Part shown: positions 13,151 to 26,928 of the stretch, in pieces
Position numbering within the stretch: the first letter of the stretch is position 1
How the letters are laid out: each line of letters opens with the position of its first letter
Source of the DNA: the human T2T-CHM13v2.0 reference genome, Homo sapiens
DNA: 64,000 bases
Strand: one strand, 5' to 3'
Assembly: GCF_009914755.1 (NCBI RefSeq)
Contig: NC_060933.1
Notes under the pieces: generated by a model
Seen by the model: only the letters and a program-made list of their open reading frames with translations
The model's database searches: none
Told to the model about the DNA's origin: nothing
Made by a program: the position numbers and the translations under genes

Positions 13151-13999
13151 GATATATTATATAAGGTTCAAAAACGTATACATAAAAAGTAAAATGTGTT
13201 TTTAAGGTAACTGATTTAGTTTCAGATACTCAAGTTTGGTATCTCAAAAAAATACCATGATCTATCATTATTCATGAGTGAAAGATAATATTCTAGAAAC
13301 TTATGACGTTTGTTTCAATGACACAAAAGATGCACGTGGCCAGAAACTTTATGCCTGTTATAGTAAGTACAGACCAAAGGTATCTCTGTAACCATATAAG
13401 TAAAATTATATGGTTACAGGGATTATTCACATTTACTTGGACTTCATATAAAATGTTCAGAGTATTTAGGGAGAAAATAAAACAATATTATCAAGACTCT
13501 ACTACTAACTTGAAGCTATTAAGTTAGAAAATGAAGGTACCAAAGATGAATTTGATTTATAGCAGCTTCTAAATTGGTTAATAAATCAGATTCTGACTGC
13601 TTTTACTCAGCATCCAGCCAAAGCCATCCGCAGGCGCCTAAATGGTACATGCGTTGGCACAGGGTATCTGGTTGACTGCATGGGACAACCAGCTGTCTCT
13701 GGGAAGCCTTCCTCAATAAGGAAGGAGAGAGATGATAATAGAGAAAGAATTATAATGTTCTGTAGTGCCTGATACTATCCCAAGGAAAAACTCATAATTA
13801 TTGTTTTAGTAAAGAATAGGTAGATATAGCTGTAATGCGTATGTTTTTCTTTGTACTTTAATTAAATTCTTTGCAAGTAAACCTGTTGGCTACAGATCAG
13901 ATGAGAGCATGATGTATTTACTTTTATGAAAACACCACAATTAAAATAGATCAAGCCACTCCTATGAGTAAAATCATCTAGTTCTCTCCATGGAGTTAA

Positions 14000-14500
14000 G
14001 AAAAACTCCGAACTCCTCGTTTTTGATAATGTGACAAATTTGATCCTGCCTCTCTCTCCAACCTCAACTCTTGACATTTCCAATTCATCATGCCTAACCA
14101 CTTTTATTTCTTCTAGTTTTGTTTCCTGTCACGGGACATTTACATATGCTGTTCCCTCTTCTAAAGCTTTCTCCTCCAGCTCTTCATGAGATTAGCTCCT
14201 TCTCATGCTGGGAAACTCAGATTATATGTGATCTCCCTAGAGAGTCCTTCCTTGATCTCTTGAGCCCTCCTTCAACATTTATTGCAGCTCTTTGTTTGAA
14301 TTCTTCCTGTACTTTTCAGAATTGGTAGCTATTTAATTGATTGGTTTATTTACTTTTGGCCTTAATCTACGAATGGAATGTAATTTCTATAGGGCAATTG
14401 TCAACTGTATCCCAGATCCTTGCAGACTGTCTGGAACATAATGGAAACTCAATCAAAATTTGTTGACTATAGAATGAACAAATGAAGAATGAGTGAACTA
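14000..14500 (+). mobile_element. L2 3' end
   Basis: tttacatatgctgttccctcttcta...gactgtctggaacataatggaaactcaatcaaaatttgttga...gaatgagtgaa. Confidence 0.75.
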
Positions 14501-15089
14501 GCCATGTTTGTTATAATCATTTCTTGCAAGTCATTTAGCATTCCTTATGGTGACTATTGCTTGTCTATAAACTGATTTGAACACATACTGACTCTACAGT
14601 GCCCTTTTGCTTCCCCAAATCTCAACTCCAAAGCCTTAAAAAGTCTAAGAATTGTTTATTCAACTCTCAAAAAATTAATAAAAGGAAAAGTTCTCAGACT
14701 CTAAACTGCAGGTAGAGAACAACATCTACATACAGAAGAACTGGTTTTGGAAAAGAAAAGCAAAAGAGGAAAAGGAGTAAGTACAGGTATCAAAAATTCA
14801 ATCTGAAAATAACTCAAGCTAGAGAATTCAATTGCGACTCATTAAAAATCTGGACAATTCATAAACATTTCCCATGATGGCAATTCATCAAAGGCTTAAC
14901 TTGATGTCATAATATACCTTTATGAAGGCAACTCTCTATTTTACGTAAAGGCATATCTCATTTTGAAGGAGACAGGAACACTGAATTACCTATCAGCCAT
15001 TTTAATCAGGTTCACAATAAAAGTAAAAATAGAAACCGATGTTGATGCCTCACAAAGTGGTTCAACAAACATATTCTGATCCATTACCC

Positions 15090-15230
15090 ATAATGATGCT
15101 GAGATAAGGGTAAGAAAGATATTATCATCCTAATTTTACATCTGAGCAAACTGAGAATCCGAGAATATAGGTGACTTCCCCAAGATCTGAGTCTCGATCT
15201 CTTGTTCTTTGCCTTATGCTCCATGGCCCC
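15090..15230 (-). mobile_element. MIR fragment
   Basis: attatcatcctaattttacatctgagcaaactgag...ggtgacttccccaagatc. Confidence 0.65.
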
Positions 15231-15304
15231 TTCCCTCTACAGTTAATTCTTGGAGGGAACCACACACTGAGCATTATTTCAAAATATATATTTTTAGAAG
15301 AAAA

Positions 15305-15560
15305 TATTGACACAGCAATGTGAATGAATCTCAAAATTATGTATGAAATTTTAGAAAAGACAAAAGTGACAGAAAGCAGAGCAATGGTTGTCAGGGATCA
15401 TTCGGGAGATTAAATCAACTACAAAGGGACATAAGGAACATTTTCAGGGTGATAAAAATGCTCTATGTCTTGAATAAAGTGGCAGTTACACAACTGTATA
15501 GAATTGCTGGAATTCACCAAACTATAAACTCAAAATTCATGATTGTTTTGTACATTAGGA
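15305..15560 (+). mobile_element. Old L1M (L1ME/MC-type) 3' end
   Basis: gaatgaatctcaaaattatg...acagaaagcagagcaatggttgtcaggg...gggtgataaaaatgctctatgtcttga. Confidence 0.7.
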
Positions 15561-15639
15561 AAATGTATTGTCTTCCTTGACAATAAAAGAATTATGTCAA
15601 AAAATTTTAAAATTCATAAAAATATAAAGAATTAAAATG

Positions 15640-16229
15640 TATCTATTCTTCGATTATCCATCAATAACTGTTGATGTAATTTTTAGAAATATTACCAAGT
15701 ATTTTAAAAATTATACTTCATATACAGTTTAATACACTTATTTTACATGAATTGATGTCCATATTATCAAATATTCTTAGAAAATACAATACTTAATGGT
15801 TTTATAGGATTTTATTATGTTAGTCAATGGAAGATAATCAGCTCACTTGCAATTTTAATGTTATAAATAATGCTATTATGGATATATAGTACAGTACTCA
15901 ATCATATGTTTTTGTGCACATCTCTGATTATTTCCTTAAGATACAATTTAGGATGAAGGATGATTAGTTCATAAATCATGAATATATTTTCAGGCTCTTG
16001 ATAGTTATTTCCAAATTGCTATCCAGTAGTGTTGAACCATTTTACGTGCCCCTCAGAAAAGTATAAGAACGTCCTTATTAGTGAATCATTGACAAAACTG
16101 GGCATATCATTAATTTAAATTAATTTTTGGCCAAGATAATCACAGAAAAAGAAATGTGTTATACATTTATCTGGTAACTTATAAAGCTCCATTTTTCCTG
16201 TGGCCATTTGTAATTCTTCTAGCAAATTG

Positions 16230-16261
<32 letters not shown>

Positions 16262-16850
16262 AGACAGAGTTTTGCTCTTGTTGCCCAGGCTGGAGTGCAG
16301 TGGTGCAGTGGCACCATCTCTGCTCACCGCAACCTCTGCCTCCCGGATTCAATCAATTCTCCTACCTCAGCCTCCCCTCCCGAGTAGCTGGAATTACAGG
16401 CATGTGCCACCACACCCAGCTAATTTTGTATTTTTAGTAGAGATGGCATTTCTCCATGTTGGTCAGGCTGGTCTAGAACTCCCAACTTAGGTGATCCGCC
16501 TGCCTCGGCCTCCCAAGGTGCTGGGTTTACAGGCGTGAGCCACTGCGCCCGGCTGCTTCTTCTTTTATTAGAGTTTTAATTTTCTTATTAACTCATAAGA
16601 GTTCTTTTTATATTAAGGACATTAATCCATTGTCATGTGAATCGCTAGTATTTTTGTAGTTTTCCACATAGCTTTTAATTTTGATGATGTTGTTATTTAC
16701 AAGAAATTTTTAACATTTATATATTCACTCTAGCAGCCATTTTCTTTATAGCACACACAGCAGATGTTATGCTGAAGAAAGGTCATTTCCAATCTAAGCA
16801 CAGACAAACACTTACTTACATATTCTTATAAGTGTTCTATGGTTAGTAAG
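15640..16850 (-). mobile_element. Old L1M (L1ME-like) fragment interrupted by an Alu
   Basis: aatgctattatggata...attatttccttaagata...tttccaaattgctatccag; continues after 16555. Confidence 0.65.
16231..16554 (-). mobile_element. Alu (AluSp-like)
   Basis: Full dimer with T30 tail; diagnostic ttctccatgttggtcaggc and gctcttgttgccc; small internal duplication gtgcagtg. Confidence 0.95.
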
Positions 16851-16920
16851 CTGCTTTGAAAACCACCTCTGCTGCATTCTTCTTCCTTACTGGTCTCATT
16901 ATTTTGCCTACTATCTAAAC

Positions 16921-16923
16921 TGT

Positions 16924-16966
<43 letters not shown>

Positions 16967-16983
16967 TGCGCGCACGCGCGTGT
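16921..16983 (+). repeat. (TG)n followed by a CG-rich alternating purine-pyrimidine tract
   Basis: tgtg...tgtgcgcgtgcgcgcacgcgcgtgt. Confidence 0.95.
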
Positions 16984-17229
16984 CTGTGTTTGCATCTCAA
17001 TCTCTCTCTCATTACATTTTAAAGACTGAATAAAATTTCCTTGCTGATATTTGACCAAACCACAATCCTTTATTATTCTTTTTTATTATAGGCCCATCCA
17101 AATGGTGTGATAACATTTCTTAAGTAGCAATTGTGAATACAGGGATCTTCGGTTCCATAATATAATCCACAATTTGTTCTAAATGAGGCCTGTGGCTTCA
17201 TATTTCCAAATATTCTTAAAAGATTTTTC

Positions 17230-17525
<296 letters not shown>

Positions 17526-18289
17526 TTTCTTTCTCACAAACATTATCTCCATAAATTAAAGAATCCAAATGCCTTCAAATCCCTGTCACCTTAGTCTTAC
17601 AAATTCAATCCTGCATAATTCAATGTGGCAGTGATCTCTGCCACAAAGTTGACTGGCAAAAGCAGTGAGTGAATTGAATGCTATCTTATTGGTCTGTTAC
17701 TGAAGAAATGTAACATAGATTTCTTAGTTTTCTAGAATCTAAGCCACTAGAGACTTTGAAGCTCAGAGTCAATACCTTGAATTAAGCTCTGTGGACTTAC
17801 AGCCAGAAAATAGGGAATATCTCTTTCTAGAGCTGTCCACCTGGTACTAAATCAGTTGGGGAAAAATTCAGTGTGAAAACTCACTAACCCCTTGAAATAG
17901 AAAAGACTGGGCAAGAGGTAAACAAAGAGAAAGTCAATGACAGGAACTCTTACTGTAAACACAGCCTCATAGGAACATACCTACCTAAATCCCCAATCAC
18001 CAAAATACTCCTTATGACAATTTTCAGCATGCTCAAATTATGTTAGTGACTCCTCAAGCATTCACCTAGAGCCAAAACTTATTTGGGTCTTAGGCAGGAA
18101 TGCTCATAATGTCATCTTCCATTGGTATCTTATCCATATACTGGACTGCAAATTCTCAGTCACTCTTCAGCTCCCTATTCCTCTTTATTTAGCTTTCTCT
18201 TTATACAAATCCTTCCATCTGTCACTTCCAGTTCTGTTGGGGGGACAGAGAGAAGAGTGAGAAGCAGAAGCCATGGAGATTCAATTACA

Positions 18290-18480
18290 TATAACAGAAT
18301 GGGAATAGTATGGAAGTCAAGGCAACTCTATTCTTTTCCAGGCTGTACCCAAAAGTAGCAATGTGAACTCTGTCAGAGCACCTTGCTAGTTTGGGTCTCA
18401 GAATAATGTATATAATAAGAATGATGCTGATTCTCTGTTGAGTTCTTCCCAGGGCTGTTTAGATTTTAAGATTAGTTCCA
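18290..18480 (+). mobile_element. MIR-family fragment (very diverged)
   Basis: ggaagtcaaggcaactctattctttt...caatgtgaactctgtcaga. Confidence 0.4.
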
Positions 18481-18974
18481 CTGAGTCTCAGATTCTTTCC
18501 ATCAATCTCCAGTAATCCACAAAATAAGGCATTTTCAGCACTACCTATTTTGAATAGAAAGCAAATATTACTTAATACTACAGAGCTCATGCAACAAGAA
18601 AACCTAGGAGGCTAAACTTACCTAGAACATTGTGGGATTATGGATATAAGTAGAGAGTTTTGCATGCTACTCAAGTTTATGCTGTGGAACATCTGGCTCA
18701 GATATATTTGAGCATATGCTTATCTTCAGGCAAAAAAAACCCCCAGCAAATTACAGATCTGCTTCATTTTCTCAGTAGAATGAAACAGAGTCATACTTCT
18801 AGTGTTACTAATACAAAATACAAACATTATTTATTGTTTGCTGAGAAGTTATGTATATTTCTCTAGGTATAGGATTTGATGCCACACTTGCAGCATAACC
18901 ATGAATTTAAGAGTTTAGTAAATGTATAAAGACACCATTTAAGTGTGATTTAATTAACATCAATTAGCTGGATG

Positions 18975-19145
18975 AATTTAATTCAATCAATTCCTCTACA
19001 TGTCTGCTATGTGTGTAGCACTACGCCAGGTACTGAGGATACAAAGAGATTAATACATCGTCCACGTAAGGATTTAACACACAGACAAACTACTATAGAA
19101 GACAGGAAGTTCACATAGCATGTTAAGTGCTAAACTAAAGGTAAG
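18975..19145 (-). mobile_element. L2 3' end
   Basis: attcaatcaa...tgctatgtgtgtagcactacgccaggtactgaggatacaaag. Confidence 0.65.
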
Positions 19146-19599
19146 ATCCAACTGGGTATTCAACCTCTTAGATAAGCTGAAAACATCAATTATGTAGCTA
19201 GTGGCTCAAGAAGGTTTAATCCTTTAAAGTTGACTTTGGAGGAAGGACTGAGTGACACATGGGAAATGATGGAAGATTGCTAGGCTCAGCCTGTTCTCTG
19301 TAGCTTCCAGTTATTCAGCTCTGACATCAAACATGGACACTCCATCTAGTGAAGCCAGAGGTTGACATGTACCCAGGCTCATCCGCCTGAGAAGGCAGTC
19401 CAGGGATAGGACCATATTGTGACTGGAACCTACTTCTTAGGGATTTTTACTTATCCATCCTACTTCTTCGCAATCATACATAACACATTTAATATCCTCC
19501 TCCTGAACACATTTCCAGTGGTATTTTGGTGTGTCTAAGGAAATTCATATGCTTACTACAGAACAGGGACCAGGGAGCTGCTCCCAGGTGTGTTTCTTA

Positions 19600-20010
19600 A
19601 TCCCGGTCCAGACAGAGAGATGCAAAGAATGCGAAGAGGGCACAGGAACAGTAGCCTCAGGGAGACGTGAGATTTCTGAGCTCCTTCTGGAAGCACATTT
19701 AGCAAGTTCAGCCACAGAAGTAAGAGAAAGTCACTTTAGACAGTGAGAACAGCCCTGGAAAAGGCAAGGAAGGAAGAAGGCCCATGGCGCACTTTGAAGA
19801 CAGGAAGTAGTTTTGTACAGCAAAAGAAGCTGGTGTGGATGACGACAGTTGCTAAGATGTTTAAACCGTATCATTAAAGCGGATGGAGTGAGGGTGGGGG
19901 AGTCATTGAGGTTTTTAAGTGTGCAGTAAGTGTAATCGGAATTGCATTTTAAAATGACTCTAGCATCTGTGTAGAAAATGGACTGAACCAAGACTAGTAC
20001 AAGGAAAGCA
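19600..20010 (-). mobile_element. L2 fragment
   Basis: gagtcattgaggtttttaagtgtgcag...gaattgcattttaaaatgactctagcatctgtgtagaaaatggactg. Confidence 0.65.
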
Positions 20011-20779
20011 AACCTGTCAATATTTATGTTTCATTTTTTAGTTGTTGAAACTAAGTTTTTCCTCAACCTCTAGACACTCCAAGGGTGTGCTTAATAATGC
20101 AAAAGTTAGTTTTTATTTTGTGGTTTTCCTTTAAAACTAATAAAAAGGTATTAAAATTCACACAAAACCGACAAAGAAAAAGGTACTTCTTCAAAAAAAT
20201 AAAGATTAAGTACCATCATTTTCATGACCTCAACCTAAGGCAAAAATGCATTATTTTTTGTATATCGCTTCTCCCTTTGTAGAAAGAACTAACATCAAAT
20301 ACAAATCTAATAGCTTAATAAGTATCAAGTAAACAAATTAACTTAAGTACGTAAGTCAATACATAAGACCAGCTCATCTAAGCATAACACAGTAACAAGA
20401 AAAAATGAGTTCTGCAGAGTTTTGAAGATCCATTAGTGGGGTTATAGATCATCTATTTGGTAATTGTGTCAACATAAACTCTGGTAAGTTGGCTGAGCAA
20501 TTCTAATTATCTTAATCTTTTTCCTGGAAAAATATAGCTCTTCTTTTATTTCTCTTTAATTTTCTAAATGGAAAAGCACATGACTTTGAACTTTAACCCT
20601 CATCAGTTTCTTATTTTGATATGTCACCAAAGGAGTAACATGCAAGAGAGTTCTGTAAAATGTCCAAAAGGAAGCTTCAGGCTTGGAGGATACATTTTAA
20701 GTATTTTTAGAAAGTGACATTTTTACATTATTTTAACAGTTGAAAATATATGTTAAGGTAAGTTTTGCAATTAAAAATA

Positions 20780-21083
20780 GGTTGGGCGAGGTGGCTCACA
20801 CCTACAATCCCAGCACTTCTGGAGGCCGAGGTGGGCAGACTGCCTGAGGTCAAGAGTTCAAGATCATCCTGGCCAACATGGTGAAATCCTGTCTCTAAAA
20901 ATGCAAAAATTAGCCAGGTGTGGTGGCAGGCGCCTGTAATCCCAGCTACTCAGGAGGCTGAGGCAGGAGAATCACTTGAACTTGTGAGCTAGAGGTTGGA
21001 GTGAGCCGAGATCTTGCCACTGCACCCCAGCCTGGGCAACAGAGCAAGACTCTGTCTCAAAAAAGAAAAAAAGAAAAAAAAAA
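20780..21083 (+). mobile_element. Alu (AluS)
   Basis: Full dimer with A-rich tail. Confidence 0.95.
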
Positions 21084-22699
21084 GACGATGCTGCCTTGGG
21101 GGAGAGGAAGTATTAGAAATCAAGAAAACATGGAAATGAAACATAACAATAATACTTGCTTTCTCAAACTCACACACTGGGGTCCATATCAAAGGTCTCT
21201 ATGGCAACTTTCTACACTCAACTTTCCCTCTATGCCTCTGTCTATGCCTGAAATGCTCCCATGCATTTCAGGAGAAACGCTGGAGCTTTTCCATCCCCAG
21301 GTAGAGATGATCCCGTGCATACGCTATGGTTGCCTGAACTCAGGACACAGAGAAAAATGCAGTATATAAAATTACTTTTAATTTGCTTTTGGGTTTTAAA
21401 TGAAAAATTTGTCCTCCAGGAGATTTTTCAGTATATATATGAGTTTCTAATAGGAAATCAATCTTTTCTAAGCATTCTCTCCTTTTTCTTTTTTTTTCAG
21501 TTTGGTTTACTTAAAAATAATAGGTCCAATTGTTGAACTGTACTCTTTAAATGGGTGAACTTTATGGCATGTAAATTATATTTCAATATGGTTGTTTTAA
21601 AAAATAGAACAGATTATAACATCATTCAATAATATGTCTGGATTACAATCCCATTTTTTCCCAATAGTCAACTATTTATTAAACAGAAATCATATCAGGC
21701 TTCCTTGGGGAGAACTTTTTCTCTAACTGGCTCTTTGATCCCCTCGGTGTACTTACAACTTACGTTTCACATAGTTATATATGTCTCCTTTCTTCAATAT
21801 ATAAATTGATTTTTTTAAGGTGACTATTTTTCCACTTACAAACATGAACACTACTGCTCAGGGCCACTGACTTTGCAAATTCTAACATATAGCTTGTATA
21901 AAGAATGCCTCATGATTAGTATATTTAAAGGGATCTCTTAATTTGGTAGCATAACTTACTTGTCTGTAGATTTTATGACCTTCATCCTTCTCTCCTCTAG
22001 AGGTTACTTTTCATTTTGTTAATTTTGTTTACCTCTTTGGTATTCTTACTAGAATCACTAAATACATGCTATTTTATCTTTCCAAATTGCTGTCCTCACT
22101 CACCACAATTCATGTTGTAACTGAAATAAGCAGTGTTCTCAAAGATTAAATTGATGGGAACAGCATATTAGATACGTTTTCCCACTAGCTAAAGAGTACA
22201 CACAGCAATGGCCGTATGGCAAGGTACTATCTCAAGAGGTTTTCTCCTATGAAAATTTTATCAGTTGTGAAGCTATGAGGTAAAATTCAATCTTAATTCC
22301 TAGAGATGTGTTCAAAATAATTAAAACAAAAATTTCCACTCATCTTAATTGGTATTTCAGAAAAACCACTGTTTACATTTCAGACTTAAAAATAGGAACA
22401 AATTACTTCTCATGTTTGGTAATTTTCACAAAAACAGAGTCGGGGTTGGATAAGAAAAGGTTGGGGTGGAGATAATACTAAAAGGGTAATAAAAGTAATG
22501 TCTGAGCTCGTAAATAATTTATTTTAAAAATTTTGTTGGTAGGAACTAGCCGATTTTGCCATAGAAACTTTAACTTACATTAGAATTATTTTGTTCACTG
22601 CAGTACAGAATGGTTAATAATAAAAGTAGTAATACCTAATGAATACTTACCCTGTAGCCAGCCACAGTGCTAAGAAATAATAATAATCCTTATTCCAAC

Positions 22700-23190
22700 A
22701 GGGACACGTACTCTTAGTTGGCTACCTAACTGACATTCTCAACCTCTTTCTTACTTGTGCTTCTGCTAGAGAAGCTAAAAAATAAGATGCCTGTTTCCAA
22801 GTATCCTTTATATACAGTCTGGTCAATCAGGGAAATAAATGACATGGAGATTCGAGAAAAGAGCTTCCCTTCCTGAAAAATGAAAAAAGCATCCAAGCTC
22901 TCTTGCAGCCCTCGCTATGCTATTTACTGTCACTCTACTTGTTCCCTAACTCTGGAATGCTGTTATTTGAGGAGGTGATACCTAGAGCTATAGCAATCAT
23001 CTTGAAACCATGAGGGAGAGGCCTAGAGAAAGACAGATAGCAGGCTGGCATCCTGAAATGTTGCACTAACCTAGAATCAACAGCCTCAGACTTCTATTAA
23101 TAATTATGCAAGATAATCAAATGCCTTTATTATTTAAGAAACTAATATGTTTTCTGTTACTTGCAGCTGAATGCTTCAATTTAAGCAGAT
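22700..23190 (+). mobile_element. MLT1-family MaLR LTR inserted into a - strand MIR (about 22620-22700 and 23190-23330)
   Basis: agctatagcaatcatcttgaaaccatgaggga...ttctgttacttgcagctgaatgc is typical of the MLT1 3' end; MIR halves on both sides. Confidence 0.7.
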
Positions 23191-23584
23191 ATAGGAAGCA
23201 AATTCTGAAAGAAGAGACTGAAAGACAAAAAAAGTTCACCTCCTCAAAGTCACAAACCTAGGAAGTGGCAGAGATGTGATCAGCCCAGTCACCATATCTC
23301 CGGTGTTTTAAATTCCTACTCAACATTGTCTTTCATTTCCAAAAGACATAGTGTGGGGTTTGAAAGTACAGCTATTTCCCTTCCTTTGTTCATTCTCTGA
23401 ATCTGTTCCAATTCTACCTCTTCTTCTCTCCTCCCCATCTTCAATATGACATCCTGACACCTACCCAAGTTTGGTCATTTATCCTATCCTAGAATAATGT
23501 TTGAAAATATTTTTACGTTACAGTATCTTTAAGGCAAATAGGCATATAACTTTCCTCAATGAATGCCCTAAATCAACATGTTTC

Positions 23585-23880
23585 TTCATTTATTCATTCA
23601 TTCATTCATTCATGCATTCAAACATTTATTAAGCTTTTGCTATATGTCAGGTACTGAGATAAGTAGCAAGGGTAAAGATAAACAAGGCTAATACTTCACT
23701 GTTAAGTCATACATGTACTTATTCAGGCAAATACCATATAGTAATATACTTTATAAATGCAGTATAGTGAAAAGCACAATAATATAAACATAAGCAAGGT
23801 ACGATGTTAGCAGAGAGGAATAAGGAAACTGGCTCTGCCTGGGGAGACCCGGGGGTTTTAAAGGAGCATTCCTGAGCCGG
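23585..23880 (-). mobile_element. L2 3' end with (TTCA)n tail
   Basis: ttcattcattcattc...aaacatttattaagc...tgtcaggtactgag. Confidence 0.8.
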
Positions 23881-25247
23881 ACTCTATTATATTCAAATGT
23901 AATTAGTTTCTATTTTCAAAAGTAGTCAGATAAGACACTTGATATTCAGCTTGTTATGTGTTCATTCATGTTGAACTATAAAAAAGATTATGCATATCAC
24001 ATTTTTATATTTTTATGCTTACAAGAATTCAAATCAAGAACATTAAACAGGATGTATCTTTGGCATGTAAAATAAAAATTTCCACAAAGAAATAAGAAAG
24101 CTTGACTCTTCACATGTTTTAAAGTTTTTGATTCTTATTCAGATAATTTAATTAGTTGTACTAAGACTGCGTAACTTAATTTGAACAATAATCAATGTAC
24201 TCACCTTCAGAGATCTTTATTAATATCTCTAGCTGGATGTGGTGCTAATATTCCTACGTGATTTACACACATTTTGAGCTTTTCAGAAAAATAAAAAAAA
24301 ATGAAATTCACATGTAAGCTGGATTTTAGTGTTCAAAAACCACCCCTACAGTTCAAAATGATTGTAACAAGCCATGGATGTAACTCGCCCTATAATCTAT
24401 TAGCTTTGATTTCATTCTTTTACTGATTATTTCAAAGTAATATAGACTTTTCTTAGCTACATCTTTTAGTTCCAAAATATTCCTTTGTCTATGTATTATT
24501 TATTAAGTTAAAGGGGCTTTTCAAACACACACCTGAAATATTTTGAGCTAATGTGATTATCTGTACAACGTCAGGTTGTCAGAATCTGCAACAATACATG
24601 TCAGTGTTTGAAGCAGATCTCTGAGGCTTGAATGACGGGATTAATATTATCACTACCACTTAAAATAAATTTTTATTACATTTTATAAGTTGACTATATT
24701 TTTTCTCATACCACTTTCACTCATGTCTGTCGTTCTGCTGGTTGTTGTCTTGCAAAATCTCAATTACTTTGGCAATGACCTTTTGATTTCCTATGAAATG
24801 GAATTTCTTCTTCCACAAGAGCATCTTTAATATTTTTGTTGCTGTACTTGTTTTGATTGCTTCTGAAATTCCATTCACTGGGGCCATAATATATCCAAGT
24901 TTCTTCTCTATAGTGGACTTTGTCCAAAACACCAGTATATAATGCCCGAATGTTTCCATAAGTAAGTAGAAAGAGTTTTGTCAAAACTGGAGTGTTTCTA
25001 TCTTAATCTTTGCCTTTGTTGTATAAAAACTTTGAAATGTTGAATAGGGTCAAGAATAACAAATGCATAGTCAAGAGGGTAGAATTTATCTCATCCCTTG
25101 TTTGTAACACTAGACTAAACTTCAAACTATCAAGATCTCTGATTTCCTATTTCTCAAGAGAGTGGCTTGAGCTGGTCAGTCTCCTGGCAGAGCATCTCCA
25201 AAACCGTTTTGCATGTGGTGGCCACTCTCTTTGCAATGGTTTCCACT

Positions 25248-25386
25248 TGTCTTAGGTTGAGTTACCTTCAAAACAAACCCTAAAGCAAGAGTTTGAGTGC
25301 AAATAGCTCATTTAGTAGTTATCTCAGAAAACACAGAAGGAAAGTAGGGAATTGAGACTGGAAAGGAGAAACAGACAATAGAGAGG
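25248..25386 (-). mobile_element. ERVL/MaLR LTR fragment
   Basis: tgtcttaggttgagttacc...gcaagagtttgagtgcaaatagctcattt. Confidence 0.5.
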
Positions 25387-25425
25387 TTTTGACTTTTTAA
25401 TAAGAGCCATTATTTTTTACATTTT

Positions 25426-25501
25426 CATATATACATATATATACACACGTATATACACACATACATATATACACTTATACACACATACACACACATATAT
25501 A
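25426..25501 (+). repeat. (TA/CA)n low-complexity repeat
   Basis: catatatacatatatatacacacgtatatacacac... Confidence 0.85.
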
Positions 25502-25767
25502 CTTTTCATTTTAAAGTGAGATCAAATCTAATGTTTAAATTTTAATATTGAAACCAGGTTATTAAAAGAACCATGCTAATTTGAACACATTAACTTCAAC
25601 AAAGGTGACATACTCAGATTTACTTTATACTGACAATTTATATTTAAAAAATTTGCATGACAAATTATATTGAAGTTGTCTTTTCTGCTTATGTGCAGAT
25701 GTATTTTCATGCACTATCAGATTCTGTTACTGTACTGTAAATAGTACACAGTATTCAAAGAAGTTTT

Positions 25768-26087
25768 GGTCAGGCATGGTGGCTCATGTCTGTAATCCCA
25801 GCACACTGGGAGGCCAAGGCAGCGAGGCAGGAGAATCACTTGAGCCCAGGAGTTTGAGACCATCCTGGGAACCATAGGGAAATAAAAAATAATGGAAAAT
25901 ATAAAATTATTAAAAAGAAAATGTTAAAAAAAAAAGAAAGAAAAAAACAGGCCTGGTGGCACATGCCTGTAGTTCCGGCTACTTGGGAGGCTGAGGCGGG
26001 AAGATCACTTGGGCCATGATCACATCACTGCACTCTAGCATGGAGGACAGAATGAAACCCTATCCCAAAAAAAAGAAAAAAAAAAAA
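25768..26087 (+). mobile_element. AluJ, rearranged (expanded A-rich linker, right-arm deletion)
   Basis: cttgagcccaggagtttgagacc; TSD aaagaagtttt on both sides. Confidence 0.9.
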
Positions 26088-26134
26088 AAAGAAGTTTTTT
26101 GTTTCCATTGGTAGAACTTTGTCCCATTAAATAT

Positions 26135-26928
26135 TTTTTCTTTTAACTTTTAAGTTCAAGAGTACAAGTTTGTTACACAGGTAAACTTGTGTCATGGGGG
26201 TTTATTGTACAGATTATTTCATAATGCAGGTATTAAACCTAGTACCCATTCATTATTTTTCCTGATCCTCTCCCTCCTCCCACTCCCCACTCTCTGAAAG
26301 GCCCCAGTGGGTGTTGTTCCTCTCTACGTGTCCATGTGTTTTCATCATTTAGCTCCCACTTACAAGTGGGAATATGTGGTATTTGGTTTTCTGTTCTTGT
26401 GTTAGTTTACTAAAGATAATGGCCTCTAGCTCTATTCATGTCCCTGCAAGGGACATGAACTCATTCTTTTTTATGGCTGCATAGGATTCCATGGGGTATA
26501 TGTGCCACATTTTCTTTATCCAGTCTATCATTGACAGGCATTTGGGTTGATTCTATGTGTTTGCTATTGTGAATAGTGCTGCAATGAACATACACATACA
26601 TGTGTCTTTCTAATAGAATGATTTATATCCCTTTGGGTATATACCCAGTAATGGGATTGCTGGGTCAAATGGTATTTCTGTCTTTAGGTCTTTGAGGAAT
26701 TGTCACACTGTCTTCCACAATGGCTGAACTAATTTACACTCTCACCAACAGTGTATAAGCATTCTTTTTTCTCCCTAACCTCACCAGCATCTGTTATTTT
26801 TTGACTTTTTAATAAGAGCCATTCTGACTGGTATCTCTGATGGTATCTCATTGTGCTTTTGATTTGCAGTTCTCTAATGATCAGTGATGTTGAGCTTTCC
26901 ATATGATTGTTGGCCACATATATGTCTT
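26135..26928 (-). mobile_element. L1PA (about L1PA12-13), 5'-truncated 3' end
   Basis: ggtaaacttgtgtcatgggggtttattgtacagattatttc; ORF 26729-26917 is ORF2p-like (SLIIRELQIKSTMRYH); possible TSD cccattaaatat/cccattcactat. Confidence 0.92.
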
